From NCBI GenBank assembly GCA_965217115.1, contig OZ244239.1:1760001-1824000 (forward strand): DNA of 64,000 nt. The letters are read 5' to 3'. The notes beneath the pieces were generated by a model. It was given only the letters and a program-made list of their open reading frames with translations, was not told the origin of the DNA and searched no databases. This document shows, one piece after another, positions 1 to 8,105 of this stretch. Position numbers and translations under genes: made by a program. Every line of letters starts with the position of its first letter. The stretch's first letter is position 1. The stretch comes from Bdellovibrionales bacterium. Lineage in GTDB: Bacteria > Bdellovibrionota > Bdellovibrionia > Bdellovibrionales > CAYMLA01.

Positions 1-274
1 TATGATCCCAATCCCAGTGGGTAAAATGGACAAGATTTTTCTTATTTTGGCATTCCCTCTTTACTGATGACCAGTCAAAGGAAAAGAATTCACCGCCCAT
101 ATCAATGTGATAACAAGCATCATGAAGAGAGAGGGTTGTCCATAAGCCTTGGCCAACGTTCCATATAATAAACTGGGGAAGAGAGAGATGGGATAGATTT
201 GATGAAAAAATGAAGATCCATAGAAATGGTAAAATAGAAGATGTAGGGTGAAGAGTAGCTACAGTTTTTTTCAT
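1..274 (-). CDS. ComEC/Rec2-type metallo-beta-lactamase-fold protein (partial, runs off the window)
   Basis: Hand translation from the ATG at 274 gives MKKTVATL...IIWNVGQGLW...IDMGG...FTHWDWDH, with the ComEC MBL motifs VGQG and HxDxDH. ATGA overlap with the stop of the upstream ComEC membrane ORF. Confidence 0.8.
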   Translation of the reverse strand, partial: MKKTVATLHPTSSILPFLWIFIFSSNLSHLSLPQFIIWNVGQGLWTTLSLHDACYHIDMGGEFFSFDWSSVKRECQNKKNLVHFTHWDWDH

Positions 275-1149
275 AGATACCTTCTCTTTTGTAGACAAAG
301 TGATAAGAGATAAAGACTTAGCGGATAGATAAGAAACCAATCTGTGGGGAGTGCAACGGGAGATAAAGGGGTGGGGATGTGTCGAGAGAATTCAATGATG
401 TGTGTTTGTGACCAATGGAATACAGGGGCAACGTAATCGGGGAGAAGAAGGTACACGAAAGATAGAGGAAAGAGGACGTGACTTAAAAGGGGAGCAATAA
501 AACAATTAGTGAAGATGGTGAGTGGATGGGGAAGTCCTAAAGGAAGCAGAGGGAGTGTCATGGTTAAAAACATAAGACTCTGTTTCTTAAAGGAAGATAA
601 TCGCGGTAAGTATTGACGAAAAGCCGCAAGGCTTAGAGCCGCACTCCAGCTTAGGGTTAGGGAGAGTGAAGAGAGCCACAGGGGTTGTAAAGTGAGAGCA
701 AATAATCCAGATAAGAGAGAGAGTTTTGTTGGTGACCAGTTCATTTTGTAAAAATCATTCTGGGAGCGCAATAAAATAGCCAGCCATGAGCGAACGGCAG
801 GTGGGTGAGCGCCCGATATTAAGACGTAAATAAGTAAAGCGCCTAGAATGAGATTGCTCTGTCTGTTTGTCTTTTTAAGCGAGGCGATGAAGCTCTCTAA
901 AACAAGGAGATGAGCCCCAGAGATAACAACTAAGTGAATAAGCCCCGTTGATTTCAGGGCATTTTTTAGTGGAATGTCGTGCAACTTAGAACCACAAATC
1001 AAGCTCTTAGGTAGATCGGAATAGAGAGAGTTTGGAATTAAAGAGAGACAGATAGAATTAAGGAAATCTATTTGACCTGCTAATAAGTTCAGCAGAGGGC
1101 TTTGCAGGATGACGCCGATGAGGGCAGCTATAAAGACAAAAATGGCCAT
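271..1149 (-). CDS. comEC: ComEC/Rec2 competence protein, membrane domain
   Basis: TGLIHLVVISGAHL motif, PPAVRS, multiple TM helices. Start taken at ATG 1149; the ORF track extends to 1293. Confidence 0.8.
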   Translation of the reverse strand: MAIFVFIAALIGVILQSPLLNLLAGQIDFLNSICLSLIPNSLYSDLPKSLICGSKLHDIPLKNALKSTGLIHLVVISGAHLLVLESFIASLKKTNRQSNLILGALLIYVLISGAHPPAVRSWLAILLRSQNDFYKMNWSPTKLSLLSGLFALTLQPLWLSSLSLTLSWSAALSLAAFRQYLPRLSSFKKQSLMFLTMTLPLLPLGLPHPLTIFTNCFIAPLLSHVLFPLSFVYLLLPDYVAPVFHWSQTHIIEFSRHIPTPLSPVALPTDWFLIYPLSLYLLSLCLQKRRYL

Positions 1150-1261
1150 GTATGTTGGTAAGCATTTTTGATACCTAGATATAGTAAAATGAAGGCAAAC
1201 AGTTTTTTTAAGTTGTGAGTCAGGGCAGTTTAAGAACTTTGTTAGAAAATAGTTAAAATCT

Positions 1262-1505
1262 TGTGAATAATCTATTTTCATAAGTAAAAACAATATCTTA
1301 CGTGAGCATAATAAACAGGCAAAGGGCTGAAAGAGGCCTCCAGAGGCGGGTCTAAGGTCTAGTTTATGGAGTAATTCACAGGCATTGTGAATAACTATCC
1401 ACGGGGTGTGAAGGAAGAAACAAGCACCGTGTCATTGTGTTATTTTGGAATTATGTCCGTATCGCGCAGTCTAAGGTCGTGAAGGGGGCGAGGTGGATAT
1501 CCACA
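1262..1505. promoter_or_regulatory. Cluster of DnaA-box-like 9-mers
   Basis: TGTGAATAA at 1262 and 1386 (exact TTWTNCACA on the minus strand), TAATTCACA 1372, CTATCCACG 1395, GGTGGATAT 1492, ATATCCACA 1497. Confidence 0.5.
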
Positions 1506-1565
1506 AAATGAATAAATTGAGTTAGTATTAAGGTTGTCGTGACAGCTTGAGTAACAGCAGGAGAA

Positions 1566-3173
1566 GTGATGGTGAAAGTTTTAGTTTTAGGTATCGTTGT
1601 TTTTCTGCCATTTTTTTATCAGATTGACCTTTATGCACAAAATACATTTGATGGACCGGAGTTTGATTACGAAAATCAAGTTTATCATGTGTATAAAGAA
1701 TTTGGTAGTCGACTGATAGCTGATGGGGAATGGGAAGGCCTAGCCCAGGATCGGAATGTTGAAAGTTACAGTATACAAACCAATGACACTCTTTGGGGTA
1801 TTAGTAAAATTTACTTTGGCAGTGGTTATTATTGGGCTAAAATTTGGGCCTTAAATGGTGAAATTACGAATCCCCATGAAATTGTCCCCAATAAGGAACT
1901 TCGTTTCTATCCAGGGACGTTAGATCAAGAGCCTCATCTTGAATTAGCTAATAAATTAGATCAAGAGCCTCATCTTGAATTAGCTAATAAAAAAGAGAAG
2001 CTCTCTCCGAAGGAGTTGAGAGAATTAATTCCTCCACCAAAGAAAAAAATAACTCCTGTGTTACGGCTTTTACCTCCAAGTTTGCCTTCATCTTTGGTGC
2101 GCAGAAGAATTGGTCAGGCAGATGTTCAGCTATCAATTTCTTTGATAGCGACTCCTGAGAGGCCAGCATTGTCTTATCAGTTGACGGATTATATATCAGA
2201 GAGCACTCAAGGAAGTCTGGGGAAAATCATAGAAACGGAGTTAGGTGGAAAAACGGCGAGACCAGGACAGTATGTTTATATAAAAACAGAAAAAGCTCAA
2301 ATAGGTAAAGAGTATTTGGTGTTGTCTAAAGTCGCTGAACTTTCAGGTTCTAACATGATTGAAGTCCAGGGCAGGGTTCGCCTTTTAGAAGAGGCTAATA
2401 GAGAGGGCGATATTTATCGTGCTTTGGTAACCTATTCTGTGAGTCCTATTTTTGTGGGAAGCTATATAGCTGAAGGAGAAATCCAGGTTTATACGATGCA
2501 ACTTGATGGTTCATTGGTCTCTTCGTCTCAAGGAAAAATTCTCGGTGGTCGCTATGATAATAATAGAAAAATATTTGGGCGAGGTGGAATTGTTTTTATT
2601 GATTTAGGGGCTAAGAGCGGAATTGAGACGGGGACATTGTTACCTATTATTCTTAATCAGAAATCTCGCAACAGCGAGAGTCGAGTTGATCGTGTTATAA
2701 AACGCATAGGGTTATTGAAAGTTTTGAGATTAGGAGAACGTCACTCTACAGCAGTGATTCTTCAGTCGTCAGAGGATATTCGCACAGGGGATCTTGTTGG
2801 TGGGTTTGAGCAGAAGAAGAATCAAGTGGAGGGTGGAAAAACTATTAAGACTGAACAAGATGAGTTATTACTGGATAGCTTGGATGAAGTAGATAGCCAG
2901 AAAAGCGTTTCTGATCAAGAAGAACAGGACGATTTTGGCAGTGATCACATCGAAGAAAAAAAAGAAGAGGTCAAAGAAGAGATTAAAGAAGAGATTAAAG
3001 AAGAATTCAAAGAAGAGATTAAAGAAGAATTCAAAGAAGAGATTAAAGAAGAATTCAAAGAAGAGGATGAAGAAGCCACTGAGGATGATTTTGAAGATAC
3101 CAATGAAGATGATCTTGAAGATGCCAATGAAGATGATCTTGAAGATGCCAATGAAGATGATCTTTTTGAATAA
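1566..3173 (+). CDS. Secreted LysM peptidoglycan-binding protein (TsaP-like) with acidic repeat tail
   Basis: Signal peptide; LysM motif YSIQTNDTLWGISKIYFGSGYYWAKIWALN-ITNPHEI; lies directly upstream of dprA, a common synteny. Confidence 0.8.
   Translation: MMVKVLVLGIVVFLPFFYQIDLYAQNTFDGPEFDYENQVYHVYKEFGSRLIADGEWEGLAQDRNVESYSIQTNDTLWGISKIYFGSGYYWAKIWALNGEITNPHEIVPNKELRFYPGTLDQEPHLELANKLDQEPHLELANKKEKLSPKELRELIPPPKKKITPVLRLLPPSLPSSLVRRRIGQADVQLSISLIATPERPALSYQLTDYISESTQGSLGKIIETELGGKTARPGQYVYIKTEKAQIGKEYLVLSKVAELSGSNMIEVQGRVRLLEEANREGDIYRALVTYSVSPIFVGSYIAEGEIQVYTMQLDGSLVSSSQGKILGGRYDNNRKIFGRGGIVFIDLGAKSGIETGTLLPIILNQKSRNSESRVDRVIKRIGLLKVLRLGERHSTAVILQSSEDIRTGDLVGGFEQKKNQVEGGKTIKTEQDELLLDSLDEVDSQKSVSDQEEQDDFGSDHIEEKKEEVKEEIKEEIKEEFKEEIKEEFKEEIKEEFKEEDEEATEDDFEDTNEDDLEDANEDDLEDANEDDLFE
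1920..1991 (+). repeat. Exact 36-bp tandem duplication (LDQEPHLELANK x2)
   Basis: TTAGATCAAGAGCCTCATCTTGAATTAGCTAATAAA occurs twice in tandem. Confidence 0.95.
2973..3170 (+). repeat. Coding tandem repeats: 12/24-bp (KEEI/KEEF) and 24-bp (EDDLEDAN)
   Basis: Repeated AAAGAAGAGATT/AAAGAAGAATTC units, then GAAGATGATCTTGAAGATGCCAAT units. Confidence 0.9.
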
Positions 3174-3259
3174 TGGCACGGACAGGCTAACGTTTTTTCC
3201 ATTTAAAAAGGACTTGTTGTTTACTTAGGTGTGGTGACTTTCTTGCTTGTAGTGGCAGC

Positions 3260-4132
3260 ATGTACAAAAAAGAGATATTATCTATTTTCTGTCGTTTGAA
3301 CTATATTTCTTGTGAGAAATTTTATATTTTATCTGAATTAGTTGATCGTGGTATCTGCCATACTCATCTTCATAAATGGGTTGAAGATAAAAAACTAGTT
3401 CTTCTTCTTAAAGAGGAAGCTTGCACTTGGGATTTGTGTGAGAAAATTTTGTTCCAGATAATAGAGACACAAGCTAAAATAGCTTTTCCCGGCTCTAATG
3501 ATTATCCGGAGAGTTTTTTAGATTTAGATGACCCCCCTGTTTTTTTAACGTACTTAGGCGAACCAATTTGGATAACAAAACGGGGATTGTCTGTTGTAGG
3601 AAGTCGTAGAGCGAGCGATATTTCTCTTGAGTGGATGGAGAAAAGTTTAGGCTCTTTTTTAGAAAGCACTGATTGCATGGTTGTAAGTGGAGGGGCCATG
3701 GGGATAGATCAAAAATCCCATGGAGTGGCGATCAAACACGGCAGATCAACTGTGGCCTTGCTTCCGTCGGGAATGGGTGAGTTGTATCCTAAGGAGCTAG
3801 AAGACTGGGTAGAGCCCATCATTAAGAGTGGAGGAGCTCTGATGAGTGAGTATTTTCCCCATGTTGGCGTTCGCCGGTTTCATTTCCATGAGAGGAACCG
3901 CATGATTGCAGCCCTGGGAAAGGGACTATTAGTTGTGGAGGGGAGCTTGCGGAGTGGGACAATGATTTCTGCTCGTTATGCTATAGATTTAGGTAGAGGA
4001 GTGGGAGTTGTTCCTGGTCACCCCGGTTGGAGTAATTTTGGAGGTAATCTCAAATTAATAGAGCAGGGAGCTAATTTAGTAAGAGATCGGCTGGATTTGA
4101 AAGTCTGGTTTGGAACGTCGCCGTGCCTTTAA
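3260..4132 (+). CDS. dprA: DNA-processing protein DprA
   Basis: YPESF..LDDPPVFL, VVGSR, VVSGGAMGID..SH, SEY, FHERNRMIA, VVEG..RSGTMISA motifs. Confidence 0.95.
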   Translation: MYKKEILSIFCRLNYISCEKFYILSELVDRGICHTHLHKWVEDKKLVLLLKEEACTWDLCEKILFQIIETQAKIAFPGSNDYPESFLDLDDPPVFLTYLGEPIWITKRGLSVVGSRRASDISLEWMEKSLGSFLESTDCMVVSGGAMGIDQKSHGVAIKHGRSTVALLPSGMGELYPKELEDWVEPIIKSGGALMSEYFPHVGVRRFHFHERNRMIAALGKGLLVVEGSLRSGTMISARYAIDLGRGVGVVPGHPGWSNFGGNLKLIEQGANLVRDRLDLKVWFGTSPCL

Positions 4133-4134
4133 AA

Positions 4135-4180
4135 CCACTAGATGTAGTGCAATATTAAACTGAAACACTATATCTATCGA
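4135..4180. promoter_or_regulatory. Tandem NrdR-box-like sites
   Basis: CCACTAGATGTAGTGC (4135-4150) and ACACTATATCTATCGA (4165-4180) resemble the consensus acaCwAtATaTwGtgt; starts are 30 bp apart. Confidence 0.5.
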
Positions 4181-4305
4181 ATTAGCTATTTATACAAAAA
4201 AACTTTTTGATCTTATTAGATTGATAGCTCTACAATTAAGTCTAGGGAGGGGCGATGTAGTCATGGATGACTCTAGCAGAAGGAAACTGCAGCATCGTCT
4301 CATTT

Positions 4306-5388
4306 TTATTCTTTTATAGATCTAATAGCGTAAATACCAAAAAACAGATTCGGCAGCCATAGGGCTATTGGAATTGGCAAGAGCCCGTTTCGTCCCATAT
4401 TTTCAAATAGAATATATAGAATCCAGTATGTGATGATAATACCAGTGGCTATAGTCATCCCTTCTGATTTTCCAGTACGACGATTGTTTTTCATTCCCAA
4501 TCCTACCCCGAGCAAAGCAAAAATAATACAGGCAAATGAGAGGGCCCAACGTTTGTAAATTTCTATTTCGAAGATGATCTTTTTTTTAAGATGGATTTGA
4601 GAGGATTGGAGTCCATCTTTTAAATCTTGATATGTTAATGATGAAGGAGTTTTCTTTTTGTAAAATGTTTTTTCTGGCTTAGATAGCTGAATGTCGTATG
4701 TATCAAAGTGGATTTTAGTATGGTTTGTTTTTTGTCTATGTATATCTCCATTTTTTAGACGCAAAAGAATGCTCTGAGAATTTTCTGGTTTTTTTATGAT
4801 GAGGCCTTCTTGAGCAACAATAGTTATGGGTGTGTTCTCCCTTTCATCATAAATAAAAACTTCTCTTAGTTGGTTTTCCTTGGAGTTAACTTTATTGGCA
4901 TAAACAACGAGGTCAAAAAAACCTTCTGAAAACGTACCTTCACGAATAGAAATCGTTACTTTTGAGTTGCTAACTTTCTCGATCAAAACCTCAAATTGTC
5001 TGTTTCCCCATGGAGCGATATTGAATGCTGTATAGGCGCTGAGAAAAAAGGCGAGGAGAGATAAAATGATGGCCGGGCTTGCTAATTGATAGGAGCTAAG
5101 GCCAAGAGCTTTGAAGGCAATAACCTCAGAGTTATTACTCATTCGACTATATGTGAGTAATACGGCTAAGAGTAAGCTCATGGGTAATATTGTGGGAATG
5201 AAGCTGATCGAGAGGTAGGAGATGATCTCTAAGACAGTTAATACTTTGGCTCCGTGAACGAGTGCAAGCTCTGTTAGTTGTAACGCTTGGAACATGAGAA
5301 GAATAAGAGTAAATGCAGAGACACCGAGAAGAAGACCAGGGAGAATACTTAAAAATATATAACGAAAAGCTAAGTGATTGCGAAAAAT
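4306..5388 (-). CDS. lptF: LPS export ABC transporter permease LptF (probable ATT start)
   Basis: LptF/G pattern (PMSLLLAVLLTYSRMSNNSEVIAFKALGLS; WLPNL). The frame is open upstream of ATG 5295 to ATT 5388, which follows an AAGGA SD; 360 aa. Confidence 0.85.
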   Translation of the reverse strand: MFRNHLAFRYIFLSILPGLLLGVSAFTLILLMFQALQLTELALVHGAKVLTVLEIISYLSISFIPTILPMSLLLAVLLTYSRMSNNSEVIAFKALGLSSYQLASPAIILSLLAFFLSAYTAFNIAPWGNRQFEVLIEKVSNSKVTISIREGTFSEGFFDLVVYANKVNSKENQLREVFIYDERENTPITIVAQEGLIIKKPENSQSILLRLKNGDIHRQKTNHTKIHFDTYDIQLSKPEKTFYKKKTPSSLTYQDLKDGLQSSQIHLKKKIIFEIEIYKRWALSFACIIFALLGVGLGMKNNRRTGKSEGMTIATGIIITYWILYILFENMGRNGLLPIPIALWLPNLFFGIYAIRSIKE

Positions 5389-5417
5389 ATGCCTGTCCTT
5401 TTTTGACTCTCAAGTTG

Positions 5418-6326
5418 TTAAACGGGACTCATTTGGCAGACTTGTTCAGGACTACCAACGGCTTTACGAACCCTTAGTGCCATTTTAAGGAGATTTTCAA
5501 AATTCTCCAAGGCCAGTTGTGAGGCAGCATCGCATTTTGCAGTTATGGGGTCTGGGTGGGTTTCTATAAAGAGGCTATCACAACCTGCGGCAACTGCCCC
5601 AAGGACTAGATGGGGAATAAATCTAGGTTCTCCACCTGCGGGGTCAGCGCTGGATATTCCATAGCGACGAATAACATGGGTGGCATCCACACAAACGGGA
5701 GCGCCAACTTGTTGCATGATAGGGATAGATCTCATATCTGCTAGAAGCATATTGTAACCAAAGCAGGTGCCTCTCTCGCAGAGAAGAACATTACTGTTTC
5801 CTGTCGATTGAATTTTACTAAAAACTCCTGCCATGCCTTCAGGAGCGAGAAATTGTCCTTTTTTAACATTTATAGGTTTACCTGTTCTTCCTGCTTCCTG
5901 AACGAAGGAGGTTTGTTGGCAGAGATAGGCGGGAATTTGTAGAACATCGACAAATTCTGCTGTTTTTTTAATATCCTCGTGGCGGTGGATATCAGTGAGT
6001 ACGGGAATTTTAAACTCTTCACGAACCTCTTTTAAAATTTGCAACCCTTCGTCGGAGAGAGGGCCTTTCCAATTTTTTTCTGTGCCCCGATTGTCTTTTT
6101 CGTAGGAGCTTTTAAAAATAAGGGGAACACCTAGTCTTTGACTGATATCAGCTAATTGTCGGGCTGTTTTCATAATAAGTTCTTTACTATCAATAACGCA
6201 GGGGCCAGCAATAACAGCAAGGTCTTTGTTTGAGCCAATCTCTATAGTTGAGGTGGGTGTTTCCACTGTAAAAAGACGTTGAGGAAGTTTTATTTTTTCA
6301 ATTCGTGTTTGTTTCATTTTTTTCAC
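5418..6326 (-). CDS. kdsA: KDO8P synthase family (KdsA-like), metal-dependent type
   Basis: IAGPCVI, NVKKGQFLAP, LCERGTCFGY, DATH, FIETHPDP..AKCDA. Two substrate motifs deviate from canonical KdsA (see findings). Confidence 0.85.
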   Translation of the reverse strand: MKKMKQTRIEKIKLPQRLFTVETPTSTIEIGSNKDLAVIAGPCVIDSKELIMKTARQLADISQRLGVPLIFKSSYEKDNRGTEKNWKGPLSDEGLQILKEVREEFKIPVLTDIHRHEDIKKTAEFVDVLQIPAYLCQQTSFVQEAGRTGKPINVKKGQFLAPEGMAGVFSKIQSTGNSNVLLCERGTCFGYNMLLADMRSIPIMQQVGAPVCVDATHVIRRYGISSADPAGGEPRFIPHLVLGAVAAGCDSLFIETHPDPITAKCDAASQLALENFENLLKMALRVRKAVGSPEQVCQMSPV

Positions 6327-6589
6327 CTAAGTTTGTTTTTTGTAAAAGTTCCATAAAACTCATCGGAATACATGGACATAAGTACCACTTTTTATCTAAA
6401 ACCGTCAATCTGTCCATGTTCTGAACTTAGACAAATGATCCGTTAGGGTGATTATTTTGAGGGGTAGGAAGGGTTGTGAGCCCCTTATAGAAAAAAGACA
6501 AAGGTTAGGCCTTGCCAGATCTTTTTTTGAGCCTATACTGTGCTTGCCTTGTCGAGAAATCAGGGCTTAATTTTTTTAAAGAGGTGACT

Positions 6590-6910
6590 ATGGGAATTAT
6601 TCAAGCAACAGATGCTAATTTTGATGCAGAGGTCTTAAAATCGGAAAAACCTGTTTTGGTGGATTTTTGGGCTGAGTGGTGTGGTCCCTGTCGTGCAATG
6701 AATCCTAAACTGGAAGAGATTGCTCAGGAGCATGGAGATAAGGTAAAAATTGTTAAAATTAATATTGATGAGAATCCAGATGCTCCTGCGAAGTATGGTG
6801 TGAGGTCAATTCCTACCTTGATTATGTTTAAGGCAGGAGACAGAGTTGATGATGTGTTGGGAAATCAACCCAAAGAGACTCTTGTTGAGATGATAACTAA
6901 ACATTCTTAA
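6590..6910 (+). CDS. trxA: Thioredoxin
   Basis: VLVDFWAEWCGPC; GAGGTG SD before ATG 6590. Confidence 0.97.
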   Translation: MGIIQATDANFDAEVLKSEKPVLVDFWAEWCGPCRAMNPKLEEIAQEHGDKVKIVKINIDENPDAPAKYGVRSIPTLIMFKAGDRVDDVLGNQPKETLVEMITKHS

Positions 6911-6974
6911 TGAGTTATTATCTAAGCATTTTGATTGCTTAAGCCATCCTAAGACGATTTTATGGGTCTGATTT

Positions 6975-8105
6975 TTATTGTGAAAATATATTGCGACGAT
7001 AGGCCACTCCAGAGACAATGCCCAAGCTCAGCATAGTTGCAATCATACTAGAGCCTCCGTAGGAAACCAGAGGCAATGGTATACCAACAATGGGCATCAA
7101 CCCTGTAACCATGCCAATATTGACAATGGTGTGCCAGAAGATAAAAATTATGAGACCAGTTGCAAGAAGTGTAGCAAATCGATCTCTAGATTGAGAAGCG
7201 ATACGAATGCCAGAGAGAAAGAGTATGAGGAATAAACCCACGGTGGTAAAACTTCCGACAAACCCATGCTCCTCACTGAGAACACTGAAAATAAAATCGG
7301 TGTGTCTTTCAGGGAGAAACTCTAATTGAGATTGAGTCCCTTTACGGAACCCCTTTCCTAGAGCTTTTCCACTACCCACAGCAATTTTGGATTGAATACT
7401 ATTGTAGCCTGTTCCTCGCGGATCTCTTCCTGGATCAATAAACGTAAGGACACGACTTTTTTGATATTCTTTGAGGCCAAAGTTCCAAGCTATTGGTAAA
7501 CCAACGATGGTGACAGCTAGAGCAGCAATAAGAATACGTTTTTGCACTCTAACAAATAGAAGCATCGAGATAGAAATGGCTGCCAACATAAGAGCTGTTC
7601 CTAGATCTGGTTGCTTGACCGTGAGGATGAAGGGAATAAGAGTTAAAATCGCGGGGAGAAAAAGTTGTTTTAATTTTAGTTCTTCGTGAGACTGAATTTT
7701 GGCAAGAACGGTACTCAAGACAAGAACAAGTGCGATTTTCATTGTTTCAGATGGTTGATAACGAAAAAAACCAAGATCGAGCCATCTCTGTGCACCGTAA
7801 AATTTTTGCCCAATGAACATAACTGCGATTAAGGCGGTAATATTTAAAATATAAAATATGTAGGAGAGTTGTTTCCAAATGCGAAAATTAATAAAAGTAG
7901 CTACTATGAAGATACCCCAACCTGCAGTGATCCAGATAATTTGTAGCAAAAACAATCTACTTAAGCCAGAGGTATGAGCACCGTGTGTAGCGCTGTAGAG
8001 GTTAATGAGGCCGATAAGATTAAGAGCAAAAATAATAATAACTAGATTGAGATCAATGCGGCTAAAGAAAGAATTTTTATTGACTTGTATGTAGCGTTTT
8101 TTCAT
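6975..8105 (-). CDS. rodA: Rod shape-determining protein RodA
   Basis: GAQRW, QPSE, QPDLGTA, LPERHTDFIF, GIPLPLVSYGGSS; follows mrdA. Confidence 0.95.
   Translation of the reverse strand: MKKRYIQVNKNSFFSRIDLNLVIIIFALNLIGLINLYSATHGAHTSGLSRLFLLQIIWITAGWGIFIVATFINFRIWKQLSYIFYILNITALIAVMFIGQKFYGAQRWLDLGFFRYQPSETMKIALVLVLSTVLAKIQSHEELKLKQLFLPAILTLIPFILTVKQPDLGTALMLAAISISMLLFVRVQKRILIAALAVTIVGLPIAWNFGLKEYQKSRVLTFIDPGRDPRGTGYNSIQSKIAVGSGKALGKGFRKGTQSQLEFLPERHTDFIFSVLSEEHGFVGSFTTVGLFLILFLSGIRIASQSRDRFATLLATGLIIFIFWHTIVNIGMVTGLMPIVGIPLPLVSYGGSSMIATMLSLGIVSGVAYRRNIFSQ

Noticed and set aside
1262..1515. Replication origin (oriC)
   Set aside because: No dnaA/dnaN nearby and no evident skew inversion; kept only as a DnaA-box cluster.
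2868..3228. Alternative-frame ORFs over the LysM acidic tail
   Set aside because: Shadow frames of a repetitive coding tract.
5147..5413. 88-aa ORF overlapping the lptF 5' end
   Set aside because: Off-frame shadow; the lptF frame encodes the expected TM1 here.
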